DNA from: Kudoa neothunni
Taxonomy: Eukaryota > Animalia > Cnidaria
Reading direction: 5' to 3'
Length of the DNA stretch: 64,000 nt
Assembly: GCA_964304625.1 (NCBI GenBank)
Contig: OZ199838.1
Span: forward strand, 10,361,817 to 10,425,816
Shown here: positions 27,616 to 48,356 of the stretch, piece after piece
Position numbering within the stretch: position 1 is the first letter of the stretch
Layout: every line of letters starts with the position of its first letter
The notes under the pieces: generated by a model
The model's database searches: none
Seen by the model: only the letters and a program-made list of their open reading frames with translations
What the model was told of the DNA's origin: nothing
Position numbers and translations under genes: made by a program

Positions 27616-27929
27616 GCTTTCAATTGTTTTATTTATGGGGATTATAATAATGAGAAATATTTTAGCTTTCTCTATCCTTCTTTAGCTTATTACATCGTAT
27701 TATAATTAAGCGATCACTTTATTTATAACGGATAAATATAAGATTGGCTATATCTCAGGAAATGAATTTCTCGAAAATTCTATTTTACATTATGATTTTA
27801 TTTTATTTTTAAACTTATCTCTAACCAATTTAATTTTCTACAATTTTTTAAAAACTTTAAATACAATTTATTTTTGAATTTTAATTCATATATTGTTCGT
27901 TAGTGCCCAATTAATTGTCTCTAAAAACT

Positions 27930-28595
27930 AACACGTTCGTTAACGGCCGATATTTTTAGATTCTCTCAGAGCGAAGATCCTTTCGGCCGAAAAAATTTAA
28001 AATTGTGGTTTCGTTCGTGTTCGTTAGTTTTTACTTGTAACAATTTTTGTTCGTGTGAACGAACACAGACGAAACTCACGAATTTGCCGTCCCTGGTTTC
28101 TACGCGTGTCATGTCACGTGCGTGATGAGCGTGAAATGCATCACATATCACGGCTTTTCATAACGTTCACCCTTTTTGACAACTATAAACGTTAAGATAT
28201 TAGAATTAGGCGGATAAACGACCCCGCTTTATAAAGAAAATAAACGTTTTTACGAAGGATAATACGAATAAGATGCTTCCTTCATCTTCTAATGCATTAT
28301 AAGCATGAATTTGTTTAGGTTAACTTTAAAAAGATTATGGAGTAATTATGTTAATTTTTGGATTTGAGAGTATATCGGAATAAGATTTGTTTAGTCTGAG
28401 TTCTAAAAGCCACAATTTTCTCACGGTTGTCTGAATCAATTCGGTTTTTGGATGTAACGAATATCACGTTTAGCATTTTAGAAACTCTACATATCGCGTC
28501 ACAATACGCTCACAACCTCGTTATCGCGCACAACGCTTTTTTTATCACGTATCACATTTTTTCATTACGTTCACGCTTTTCAGGAATTCTGGTTA
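27930..28595. mobile_element. Cluster of hAT-like remnants with TTCG/TCACG subterminal repeats
   Basis: CAGGGACGGCAAA terminus on the minus strand at about 28095. Dense TTCGT and TCACG short repeats. RLFS/RGRLS-like dimerisation remnant on the minus strand. Confidence 0.4.
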
Positions 28596-29312
28596 CAATG
28601 CATAATAATACATATTTACAGTTACCAAGATCAAGATAATAAAATAAAATGACGGAATTATCTCAGGTCGTACATTAAAGAATCCTATTTTAATTTATGT
28701 TTGAACTTTTTAATAATCGTCTATCAAATTAATGCTAAATAATTTCATAAAATTTAATCCTAAAGAACCACTAAGAAACTTCCAAACACTCAATGTTTGT
28801 CTCACCGTTATTTCACTACAGACAAGAATATAGTGTTTGATTCAATCTTAATTGAAAGATTAGCACATAAAAATACAATATATCCAACATGAACGTCTAA
28901 CTTTTTAATGAAAGGACACATAACAAGAATCACATCTAAGTATAACCTATTAGGAGTAAACTATTCAAGTATTTAATAACAGCGCAAATACCGATTCATT
29001 TAATTCTCACGTCTGTTATAGATTGAAATACATAATTTTAAACTATAGTGGAGATTTTCAAATAAATTATTTTGCTGAATACTTAATTTTTTTGCAAATT
29101 TAATCCTAAAATATTAAAACTAACTAAACTGCATTATTAATCCATGTAACAATAAGTCGGGAAAATTGTTTATAACATCTCAAAAATAAACAGAAAACAT
29201 TTAAAAAGTATATCCAATAAATAACAATCAAAAACAAGGTTATTTTATACCAACAGATAAAGTAAACGTCACCAACCAAAAGAATCGTTTATCGAAAAAA
29301 GCCGAAAGTTAA

Positions 29313-36532
<7,220 letters not shown>

Positions 36533-36742
36533 AGCCAATTTTTTCTCTCCTCTCAAATATGCAACAAAATATAACACACACCCACCTGTCTCAAATTCCT
36601 AAATTATCTACATACCCAATTCTCAACCGACTTCAAATTAAATCCGTTATTAGTATAATATTCACGCAACAATAAAACTAATTTTAAAACAATTTTGTAT
36701 CTACAACTTTGATAAGGCATACAACAAAATTTATTATCGACA

Positions 36743-38322
36743 TTATGATTTTCGAACGCGTTTTCTTTTTTTCGATTTATTAAACGACGAGATCGTATGC
36801 ATTTTGTCGAGCATAGCTTGGATATTTTTAAGACGTTCAGTTGGGATACATTGATCTCCAAATATGAGGCAACTAGAATCGCACGAAATAAGCTGGTTGG
36901 CTTTAAGATTTTCCAGTGCAACTTGGGGTTCTTTATAATTTTCGCACGACTCCAACATTGGAGGTCTTCTCCAAGTAGGCTTGGGTAGGAACATGCTAAC
37001 GCTCAAGGGATCCATGTACCAACTACGAGAGCGTTTTATTTGAACGGAATTATTGTTGTCGACCACAGTTTCAAAGTTGCTTCCCACATAAATGATCTCA
37101 TCATTCACACCATCATCAACCGGTTCTGAGGTGTTGGATGTGGAAGAAATAGTTGTTGAGGGATTTTTTGGGGTCAATTTTCTATATCGTCGTTTCAATG
37201 GTGGAAATCCAAGCCGAGCACCTTCGTCAATGACACCCTCAGGCAATGGCGCATTAAAACCAGGATATACAATTTTTTCTGGAGCTTTATTTTTGGTTTC
37301 ATTGTCGGATACTACTTCTCCTTGGGATAATGAATCTTCTCCTATCTCATTCGAGCGATCTATTACATCAATCTTGGGACGATGATTGTAATCGATTTTG
37401 TAACCAGGTGGGTAACCAAGCTCTCGCATTCGATACACATACAGCGGCAATTGATTGCTTTTCAAATTCAAAGCCTCTCTAAGTTCATCCGAAATTGTTC
37501 CAGGCTCACATCCCTACACCAATCCCAATTAAAATAAACATAAACTAACTCTAAGTACTAAAAAATGATTACATGATAAGGGTTGATGGTTTGTGCATCG
37601 TCATGATATCGATATTTGAGATCGTTGGGATTGATGGCGGTATGAGTGAAAGAACCAAGAAATTCCCTCTTTTTGGCATTGATACGAGAAAAATCTTTGG
37701 GGTTTGGGCATTTGGATAACTCGTGTTCAACGCTATCACAATTGAAACAAGATTTGCCGATTCTTGGTTCCAATGATAGATTTTCCTCACCATTCACATT
37801 ACCATTCATACTGCCATTCATACTACTATTCATACTACCACTGAAGCTGGTATTGCTGGTGTTGACATTGGCTTTGCAGGATAAAAACAATTGATCGTAA
37901 TATGGAGCTCCATACCATTGAGTTTTTGCTGGATTGTTATTACACAGAGGCATACCGACTCGATCTATCACCATATTTTCATAAATGTGACTGCAGCTAA
38001 CAACAATCGCAGAACCGCTGTCGTCTCCATCCTAAAAAATACAAAATATCAAATTAGTGGGAATTTATGAACATTTCCGATCATTTTATATTACCAATCT
38101 AACAGCCGAATTCTGCTCTAATATTTTTGCGTCGTCATTAGCTTTCTCACCATCATTAAAATAGTTTGACAAGGCTTCTTGGACAGCCGATTCAACCACC
38201 AACCTCAACTTTTGAGATATTCTTGTGTTGTAAAACATGAGCGACATTAACATAGGGCTCCCCTTAAACGCATTTTGAGATGGCAGTAAACTTTGAATCA
38301 TCCGATTATCATTGAAATTCAT
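36743..38322 (-). CDS. ZCCHC8: Zinc finger CCHC domain-containing protein 8 (NEXT complex)
   Basis: CFNCDSVEHELSKC zinc knuckle, RINAKK, RYH, and PSP domain PGTISDELREAL..LPLYVYRMRELGYPPGY..YPGFN. Confidence 0.9.
37790..37840 (-). repeat. 12-bp coding tandem repeat (MNSS/MNGS/MNGN/VNG) in ZCCHC8
   Basis: About 4 imperfect copies of CCATTCATACTR. Confidence 0.7.
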
Positions 38323-38396
38323 TGTATTTGTACAATCAACAATCACACAAGTTTTATCCGCGCTTGCGCATAACAAAAGAAAGGTGTTAACATGAC

Positions 38397-39233
38397 TCAA
38401 AATCTTATCGACATAAAGTTTTGATTTGGTTCTTTTGTGAAACCATTTCTCTCATAAAATTTAATGTTATTATCGGCACACTCAAGCGTAAGTTTATAAC
38501 AACCCAATTTCATAGCCAAGTCTTTCATAGCTGCTACCATTCTAAATCAAAATTTAATTAAATTTTGTTCCCAGAGTATTAAAAGAATTTATTAGATAAA
38601 ATTGGCTTATTTAATACAAAAAAATGGATATAGATTAAAATTTTATAGTTGATAGTTAAAAATATCAAATGATGATTTGAAATAAACATTACAATGAGCC
38701 TAATCCAAAACTTCGAAACTCTTTACACACGACCACATCTTCTATTCTACCCCTCTAAATACAAATATGCATGAGTGTGACACAGGCATAACTTAAATAT
38801 TAGTCGTTTACTTTGGAAACTTGTCGTATAAATTTATGCTCCACAAACAAGGTTATTGATGCAATCAACTGTTGTGTATTACAATCCTCTACCACAAGAA
38901 TATGATAAGTATCAGGACATGCCTTCATATGTCGAAATTTATCTACACCGATTGAGTAATAAATTAAATACAGCTAAAGTCACCTTGAAACATATCCTTT
39001 GAAATGGAGCCTGTAACTGTCAGTTCGCTTAGTAAATTAATATAATCTAAAGACATTTTAATACTCATACTCTCACCATACAATGTACTTTTATCGTAAT
39101 CATCTATTTCGAGCGATCTTACACAAAATTTTTTAGTAGCGTTGATATCATTTATTTTTTCTGATAACTTCTTGACACTTTCAAAACTTCTCATTATCTC
39201 AATATCAAAAAGGACATGCTCAAGAATAACCAT
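38397..39233 (-). CDS. GNPNAT1: Glucosamine-6-phosphate N-acetyltransferase
   Basis: VRSLEIDDYDK|DYINLLSELT, TLFVEHKFI, RGRIEDVVV, LGCYKLTLEC, FYERNGF...NFMSIRF*. Confidence 0.92.
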
Positions 39234-40009
39234 CTTTCACAGATAACAAATTATTGTATCTAACTTTTGTAGCGATATAAGAGCACAAGTTTCGATATTA
39301 AATTATTCACTAAATTACAAGTTCACAATTTTAAGCTTTACAAAACAGCCGACTAAAATGCAACGACAGATTTTCTTAAAGATTTATCTTATGTTATCAT
39401 CGTAGTTTCTCGGAGGTGCAACACTTGCCAACTGTGCCTTTACTTACATCCGTGCAATTGGTTAGTGTTAAAATTTACTTTCTAAATAATATGGAGAAAT
39501 TAATATTATTATTGGTCATATAAAAATAAATTGTTAATGTTAAATTTACCACTTAACTCCTATCATTTATTGTTATGGCGATGATAGAAATCTCTGGATA
39601 TTTCGTAATTTATAAAATATGATTGTTTAAAGTGTAATAAATTTTTCATTTAATTTCTTATTTTTATTTTAATGAATAAGAATGCTTTAAGTATTGACAA
39701 ATGGCTGGTATTGATCTTACCATTAAATAAAATTTATGCCTAACAAGTAGAGGTAGAGCGACTCAAAGAATGACCAGAAATAATTAATGAATTTATTAAG
39801 TTTGTTGTTTTAATTTTGGTGACATTATAACAAAAATTAAATGAACATACTTGATTAATAAGCTAGCGTGAATTCTCTTTTTATGATATTGAAAATTAAA
39901 TTGCGATGCAATTGTCTGACATTCCATTGATTCTTATTGACTCTCGGCACCAAAAGTCAAGAAAATTATTTAGATCGAGGTAAAATTTATGGAACAATCA
40001 TTTATAAAA

Positions 40010-40200
40010 CAGCGGAAAAGAACACTGATAAGGCAATTGCAAATTAACGCAGTAGGTTACAGGTTCGATTCTTCTCCCCGGTATGTTACCATTTCGGCAT
40101 TGTGATACCTAATTCCGTAACGGAAGTTGTGGTTAAGATGCCTGTTCATTATTGGGTGATGCAGATTGATTATATTTCAATCTGGAGAGGAGAGCCAAAT
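40010..40200 (+). mobile_element. Decayed SINE-like fragment
   Basis: B-box GGTTCGATTC at 40062. GAAGTTGTGGTTAAGATG (40123-40140) matches 59123-59140 of the SINE. Confidence 0.45.
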
Positions 40201-40338
40201 TAGGCACTTGAATCACAAAAAATATTAGATAATGAAAATTTTTCTTATAGGTTTCCAAAATTCACACATTATTTTAGTTGAAGGAGTAATACTTCAGAGG
40301 ATTTGTAGACATGAGATGTGGAATTATGTTAGGCTTAA

Positions 40339-41601
40339 CCCTCATACCCATATGAGTTAATCGATGTTCTCTTGTTAACACCTCCAAGAGAAAACTTTTT
40401 TTTACCTCTAATATATTTTTGAAACTTAATTATTATAATATACAATTAAAATTTTTGATATATTATGTTTAAAGACATTTTAAGCCTCGATACATATAAA
40501 ATCACGTTCCCCACCATTTTTTTAATAACTCTGAATAGTACTTAAGCAATAGACATTGCATTTTAATAACGAGGCGTTTGTTACAATAGAAAAACTAATA
40601 TCATTAAAATATACTTAAAAAATATTAAGAAATTAATCTATTATTCGAATACGTAACGTAGATTGTAACTCATCGAAAATTTCCTTCTTTTGGGAATAGA
40701 AAAATTTCTAAACGACTGTTTTAAATAATGCATAATTTATATGTGATGAAGAAATATTTCAAATTCCCCACTACAACCAGACTATCAAAATTTTTACGAC
40801 GACATTGATTTTAGCAAGAAGGCCATTGTACACGGTTGTACCTTAAGAGCTGCTAACAATTAGTTCGCATTCGAAGACTACCTTATTTAGTAGTCATTTT
40901 TAAAAATTATATTCGCTCAATTTGAGATTGCAAACATTAATAATTTCGTAAATCCAAATTTTTTCTCTTCGTTATGCAGATAAGCGAACAACAAACAATA
41001 TATTTCATTCAGTTATCTTTTGTAATTGAACTTTACTATTGTAACTCATTCTTTATGTATTTTATATATTCAACAATCAAATCTAACATTTTATTTTCCA
41101 GAAACTTTAAGAACACAAAAAATGAAATATCGCAATTTTTAATGCTTTATTTTTGAAGGAGATTTTATGTTTGAAAATGTTCTCTGCTTCAGTTTGTCTT
41201 CGAATGCGTGTTGGTTGCTCAGACCATTTTTCACTCTCCTTAAATGTCACTGTGTAGATTTTTTCGTTGAAAAAATTAATTTCATTATCGGAATAACAGT
41301 GATCTGATATGGGGTTCTCAATTATACAATTACTAAATTCAAGGTTAGTTTCTTCAAAATGGGGGTCGTATTCAGTGGATTCAAAATCCACTGTGTCACA
41401 TGTACGGCTATAATTTGCGATAACCATATATTTTTATTCGCTGATTAAAATTTTTTTATGAGTTTTCTATAACAATAAATAATTATTTATTATATCTAAA
41501 AGTCATTTATAAAAAAAAACTAAGAGTTTTCTCAAAAAGGCTGGAGGTCAAAATGACCCCAAGCGTGGGGAACGTGATTTTTTTTATCGCGTGCATGAGG
41601 G
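40339..41601 (-). mobile_element. Internally deleted piggyBac element
   Basis: TTAA TSDs, CCCTCAT / ATGAGGG termini, subterminal GGTCAAAATGACC palindrome, and an acidic N-terminal transposase remnant at 41107-41427 (W..P..IRRQTEAENI). Confidence 0.8.
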
Positions 41602-41887
41602 TTAATTTCGACATCACCGCTGGTTGACAAGGCGCGATGTCACATGTTGCTCATCATGATAGCTACCTTACACCATTAATGATGATGACCTCACCAATAA
41701 AAGATCCTAGTCTTATATATTGCGTTGGTGATTTTATCATGGGAATGCATGAACCGTATTCTCCAAATTTTAATTTTTATAACACTCAAGGGATATTAAA
41801 AATTTAAACTTTATATGTGAAAGAAAATGTCGATATTTAATTATATTCAAAATAAAAGATAATGCATAATGAAATAACAAGTTGTCG

Positions 41888-42508
41888 TTAAACAAGAGTG
41901 ACTTTCGCACCAGCGCTTTCTAATTTAGTTTTAATAGCTTCAGCTTCTTCCTTCTTGATATTTTGATGGGTGGTTTTGGGGAACGACTCGACAAATTTTT
42001 TGGCCTATGAACCACACTTAAGTTTTTAAATGTAACATGGGAAAACCTCAACAAGATTCAAATCCGGTAAAACTTCACGTATAGTTTTGATCAGAGCAAT
42101 TCTCTTATCATTATCGTAACTGTCTACTTTAACTGAGAAGCTTAACTTTTCCGTTTCTTTTTCCTAAGCATATTGAACACTATAATTCTCAAGGTCTATA
42201 CTTTCTCTTCTTGCACTTTTGTTGTTGGGGCGACCGCTGTGTTTGTTTGCAAAACAACTGGAGAATCGGCAATATTGAATTTTTCCTAAAATAAATTATT
42301 TTAATATTTAAACAAAAAAAATCACTTTCATTATTTTATTCAACGATACCAACTCCAGTACAGACAAATTTCCAATAGAATCAACTATTTCGTTAAGTTT
42401 TTTATTATTTTCTGCGGCATTATGAGTTGTTCGTATAAATTTTAATTGATTAGGAGTTTTGAACTGGTATAAAATCCTCGAGCATCTAGCAAGGACCGTA
42501 CACTGCAT
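41888..42508 (-). CDS. MRPL12: Mitochondrial ribosomal protein L7/L12
   Basis: Basic presequence, IVDSIGNLSVLELVSLN, KRIALIKTIREV..LNLVEAKKFVESFP, EAEAIKTKLESAGAKVTLV*. Confidence 0.93.
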
Positions 42509-43966
42509 TTGTAGGGACACGCACGCGCACATTCAAACTGATATTGTAACATAAAAATTATTTCTAAAATTATAGTGTTATATTCCAAATTTTTATTAAT
42601 TTGTAAGCTAATTCTCATTTTTACAACAACTATATATTTGGATTAATTTTAAATCAAAATTTATGATACAAAATTCACCACGTGATAATATTATGTGTAA
42701 TCACATGAAAACACTCGGGCTGATTCTACCTCAGCTGAATCCTTAATGCTGTTACCATGGTAATTTTTTATTTAAAGCACAAACTTATAATCTTATAACC
42801 GTCCATCTTGATAAATTTTAATTGAAAAATGGCGGGATTTTGATAATTCCACGGTTTGGTGATGATATGCCCCATGGCTCCAAAAATTAGCCACGCTCAC
42901 GCATGTTGTTCGCTTTAATTTATTGTGGTTGTTTTTTACTTAAAAAAGAACGCGAAAAAATGAAAAACTGAATCAAAATACTTTGTTGAAAACTTCAATA
43001 TTTTCTTTATTATAATCTTACATTGACAAATTAAGCTGGTTTATGAAATAATGGTTGTTGATTCTCTTAGTGATAATCACGTACTTTTCAATAGTTTAAG
43101 AAATGCATTAAAATATTTTAATTTACTCTTCGAAAAACATACCTTGTTTTTAACAAGATACTTGATGTATCCAATTATCCCTAAAACATGATAGCTCAAG
43201 TAATTAAGAACGATGATTATTTCTATAGAATCATTAGTGATTTTCCACCATTTTCTATCTCCAAACAAATTACTGATCAGTAAGTTAAAAACATGTGTGT
43301 TGTCGCAAATGTATAAGCTTCAACTCGCTTTGATTACTTATACGCGAACCAAATTTAATACGGATCAAAAAATCAACAGCTGTATAAGGTGGAAATAACG
43401 CAAACTATAATTCTCAACATTTCTGAAAAAATTGTTCAATTTATTTATCTACCCACTCATTGAATGTAATTCTTCTTGCACAATCGAGTTTAACCATGTG
43501 AGTTAAATTATTTGTTGATCATATAAATTGTCTTGTTTCTTTTCGAGGTTTAACCCTAGACAAATGTGCAACATATTTCTAAAGTTTATTGAATATTCTC
43601 TTGTATTCTTAAAGTTTGAAAATAATTATCATAATCTATATTGTTCAAAATAAATTATGCTGGCACGTTTATTAATTCTCGATTTGTGTCGGTTAGATTA
43701 ATTTGTTTTCATCAGAAGAAAAATTTACTTTCAATAATGAATGACTTTCCAAAAATCAGCGAATTATTTAAATCTAAAAATAAAAAATTAATAAAATATT
43801 TGTTTTTGGAAGTTTATTTTACTTAATGGGAAAAATTCTCCTAAATGAAAAGCAGTGGCTATTTCGCAGGCAATTTTTATCTCTCAAATAACTGATAGAA
43901 TTTGGTGAAATTTTATATATTAACATAACCAACAAAGATCAATGGATTTACAAATTTATAAGCATA

Positions 43967-45969
43967 CTAGCGCAAAAGCCCCACTTCGCGAAGAATTCCT
44001 TGCCCGGCCAAGTAGGCTAAAACCTGGATCAGACTAAAGCATTTTTGATTTTTAAGTAAATAGCGCTAATGCCCAGCTTTGCTTGATATTGTATGATTGA
44101 AAATTTTAACGTTTGTTTTAATTTTGAATGGAGAAACTCTACGTAGGATTTAATCTAAATAACACGTTAAACTCTGTAAATTTTATTTTTCTATTTTAAT
44201 TTATGCATTTTAAAGCTTGTCATTATTTTTGCAATGTGATGATTTAGAAAAACAAGATTATGCCCACACTTTCTATTCATATATAAATAGAGGTATTAAG
44301 AGAAATAAATGAGTATTTTTAGGTTTATTTTACAAATTATTGACTAAACATATAATTACCTTAAATTTATGAGCAATTTAATTAATGTTTAAAGTTCATT
44401 TATTTATTAAACAAAATTATTAAGTAATTTAAATAGGACTTTTAGTTCTTTTCAAAATTTTGCATTAAAAATTAATCCACTTAGTTATAAAATTTATTAT
44501 TAGTCTACAAACGATAAAAAAAATAAAATCGATCTATGATGCGTCAGAAATAAGAATATTAATTGTGACTCACTTTTTGCGATTTTTTAAAGGATGTTAA
44601 TGAGGTTTTAATAAGCTGTGAGTGGTAACTTACGTATTCATTATTTAACATAATTTACCGACTTTTAAATAAATGAAACCGTTATTTTTAACAAAAATAC
44701 TTACTGGCTCAAAAATATACAAATTTAATTATCAAATAAGATTAAACCAAAAATGTAAAGATGTTTTTGGTTTGAAAAATTTTAGTAATGCTTAAATATC
44801 AACTGGTTTTCTCGAAGGAGTGTACCCTTTTAAAATTAAACGTACTGTTTGATTGATCTAAATAAATTTCTTTGTATTGAAATTTTCTTAGATTAACGAA
44901 AACTTTGTGAAAATATCGGTTAGATCGAATAGACCAATAATTTCTTATTAACATACGTGGCATGTATTGGAGGGGACTGTATTTTGTGCAAAAGTAATCG
45001 TGAATGTAAATTCTTAAACTATGTATAGAATTCGGTGTCGTATATTTTCATGAAGCTTTTATATCATAATGAATTAGTTTTAGCGATAAGAAAATTATAT
45101 ATTGATTTGAATATTAACCTTAAGGTCTAGGGGTAAGGAATAATTAGGTTACTAAGAACTTAAACATTAATTAAAAAATTATCTCATCAAATATAGAAAC
45201 TTATCGAATTAGTTATGCCAGCTGTTTTTCAACAAAGTTTAGGAAACCAAAAAATAAGTAAAAACTTATTATCGAAAAGACGAATATAGTTTCAATCTCA
45301 ACCGATATATTTGATAAAAAGAAATTTTAATTTAAGAAATTATTACAAAAATTTAATTATTTGAAAACTCTACACACATCTTACATCGTTTTTAGAATGC
45401 GTATAGAGACCCAAATTAATCTAACATGGCAACGACTTTAATCTCGAATTAAGTGTTTTATTTAAAATGATCATAATCTTTTTCGCTTAACTAAATCCAT
45501 AACGCTAGAAAAATGAAAATACATCATAAATAATTTGATTATTCTTCAAATTTTAAGGAAAATGCAACAACTCTTGTAAATGTGGTATTAATGGTTTCTT
45601 CTGTCTTAAAATTAATCCAAACAGGCATTTGTGACATTTTTGAAACATCATACATCATAATTAGCAGATTCACTTTGTATGCAATGAGTAAAAGTTTATT
45701 CTAACTGAGTATCACTCTAAGGTAAACAAACATCAATATTATGCAGGTACCTTTTATTCTTGTAATTGACGTAAACAGTCACAACATTCCTTACTTCTGA
45801 TAATGATATTGATTACATTTGTACTTATAAGTGAATGAACAATTTTTCTTAATGGTATCACCTATTCAAATGTGAACTAAAAGCTGTATTTAAAAAAGTT
45901 TCTCCATGGCACATATGCACTTGCGGACACACACACAGACAGACAAAGGATTTTATATATATTTATAGA
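43967..45969 (-). mobile_element. Non-autonomous Helitron
   Basis: On the minus strand it begins A|TCTATAAATATATATAAAA..(CTGT)n(GT)n and ends with a GC-rich CGCGAAGTGGGGC..GCG segment then CTAG|T. No TSD. Confidence 0.65.
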
Positions 45970-45990
45970 TTACTAATTTCGCCCATTAAT

Positions 45991-47051
45991 CAGCATTGCA
46001 GGACAAAATCGGAAAAATCAGAATTTTTTGTAAAAAGAGAATTAATATTTAATTATATGTATAAATACTAAGTTAATTTATAATTAACTCAGAAACTTCA
46101 AATTTATGACATTTGGTCGATATGTTGAAAAATTTCCTCATTAAAACAAGATTATCTAATATAGAGCACAACATTCTATTTCCGCTGATATTTTCGATAA
46201 TTCTAGAAGAGTAGACTCTCCTTCCTGAGAAGCGTTAATCAGAGCTAAAGGAAGTAAAGATGTACTGTATTTTCCGATAGAATTAAAATTTATTTGCCGA
46301 TAAACTATGGCCAAAAAGGCGACTGTTAATAATTTAATCAAATAAACTTTGTTTTCGAACCTATTTAGTTCCTTTAATTTCAAAAAATTGTATTACAGTC
46401 TTTCGTTCGATTTTTGAATAACACGTAACAAATATACCTAGATGAGGTTTTATTTTTATGTGCGGCCATTCATTTATTAAAATTAATCAAGTAGATAATA
46501 TTTAATTAAATTTTAAAAATTTTTTTTAAATTGATACCAAACACTTGTGATGATAACTTAGCATTGGACATCGCCAACATCAGAGTCTTTCTTTTAAATT
46601 CAAGCATTCAGAATTCAAACACAAAAATCTCTCTGTAATAATTCCAAAATGATTCATGGTCATGATAAAACTGCCTTGTCGCTAATAATGGTAATAAATC
46701 CAAACTTTGGATCTTAGCAGGAGTATTACATTTAAAAATGTGTCCATTTTGGTAAATTTTTGGCATATGTTTTTAAGCTCAATTTTTGTATTACGTGGGC
46801 TTCAAGGATTATTGAAATTTCTAATTGTATCTCGCGTTTGGTGAACTTCAATTGCAGACATTTTAATTTGAAATAAATATTTGTTCCAAGTATAACATTA
46901 TCTACCTGAGGATTTCTCGTAATGAAATCAGCAACAGTAAAATTCCCTTTTTTGTGAATTTGCAATAACTCTTTATCTCTGTAACATTGTTTTGCGATTG
47001 TTCAGTCTTTCGAAGAACAAGAGTAAAAATTGGACACTGTTGGTAACGCTG
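45991..47051 (-). mobile_element. Non-autonomous hAT element (family copy 1)
   Basis: Termini CAGCATTGC / GTTGGTAACGCTG, 8-bp TSD CCATTAAT/CCATCAAT. Reverse-complement homologue of 58028-59019. Confidence 0.85.
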
Positions 47052-47190
47052 CCATCAATAGCGATGCATAAAATTAAATTTTTTCAAGTCGAATATAACC
47101 GAGGAATAATTTTTGTAGCCGCAGATGAAAATAATATTCGATTGAAAGTTTCACAAAGGAGTTTTGCAATATTTAAAGGTACCAAAGATA

Positions 47191-47617
47191 CAGTGTGACC
47201 TCGGAGTTCGTAGAAATCAGAGTTCAGAGTTCGACAAAAAATTTTGAATCCTAACACATATAGAAAGGGTATTAAAAATAAATACAGTTGTAGCAAAAAA
47301 AGTAAAGAAAATAATTTCTAGAAGTAGATTCGCTCAATAAAATTGCACTAACGTCATCGAAGGAGAACCCTTTATAATTTATCGTATGACAACCAAAAAG
47401 TATTTATCCTATATTTCAATTTTATTATGATATTTAATATTCGTTTGTTATATTTTATAAACACAAGACACACTTGTTTATTAATAAATATAAATTGTCA
47501 TTTATTCGACGCCTTGTAACGGAATAAACTAATTCCATCATTTTGCATGCGAAAAAATTATTCGGAGTTCGAACACACTTCTAGAACAGATTATAGTCGA
47601 AGTCCAAGGTTGCACTG
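47191..47617 (+). mobile_element. Tigger/pogo-type MITE (family copy 2)
   Basis: TIR CAGTGTGACCTCGGA / TCCAAGGTTGCACTG with TA TSD. Colinear with 24941-25384. Confidence 0.85.
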
Positions 47618-48356
47618 TATATGGTTTATACAATTTTTTGTTGGGTGAATGGTTTTCACCAAGATTATATCAATAGAGTAATAGCGAAAGATTCGCTCTC
47701 TCGAGCACATTAAAATGAGTAAAGTTGTTTAAGTGGCTGGTTTTACGCAATTCCACACCCCCGAATATAATGCAGAAAAGTACTGACCTATATTATTCGA
47801 AATTATTTTCGCTCAGTCGCCAAAATTAAATGTGAAATCAAATTCATCATTCATAGAAAGTTTGGGAAAAATTATTTATTTGTATTGAAAACCGTCACTT
47901 TACAATAATCTGTCCTTCCCATTACTTCATTTCAATGAGCTAATAATAAACATATAATGTAATTAAGTCGTCGTGACTTTAAGAGTGTAGCAGTTTAAAC
48001 CAAAATAGGCGGCGTTTGACCCGAATACCTCTTACATTAGACTGATATATGAAGACCAACGATGGACAAAAAAGACTAAATTTAAACGACAAAATAATAT
48101 GTTCTAGTTAAAAAATGTGTCCTTTCTGTTTCAGCAATTTTTAATAATAGTCCAAGCACAGGCCAAGTTTTCGAGAGGTACATGATGATAAATAATTATT
48201 CATGCGCGTAAATTTGATGTTATGATCTTTTATATTAATCATAAATAAATTAAAAAATGCCACCATTGAAACAAACAAAAACAACCGCGTAGACAAAATT
48301 ACAGATAAACATGTCCAACATATATATAGTGAAAAGAATCACATAATTAAATCAAA

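Larger units (their letters stand above)
39358..41710 (+). pseudogene. Putative small membrane-protein gene with an in-frame TAG (weak QCR9/UQCR10-like resemblance)
   Basis: ATG 39358, TAG 39403-39405. Candidate exons 39358-39460, 40278(or 40251)-40327 and 41663-41710 give MQRQIFLKIYLMLSS*FLGGATLANCAFTYIRAIVEGVILQRICRHEMWNYLPYTINDDDLTNKRS*. Confidence 0.3.

Noticed and set aside
39403-39405. Genome-wide stop-codon reassignment
   Set aside because: TAA, TAG and TGA all terminate conserved genes at expected positions (IDH TAA, SEC23 TAG, GNPNAT1 TGA).
43000-43850. Possible minus-strand gene or hAT relic (WWK motif)
   Set aside because: Stops in all frames, and no consistent splice model or termini found.
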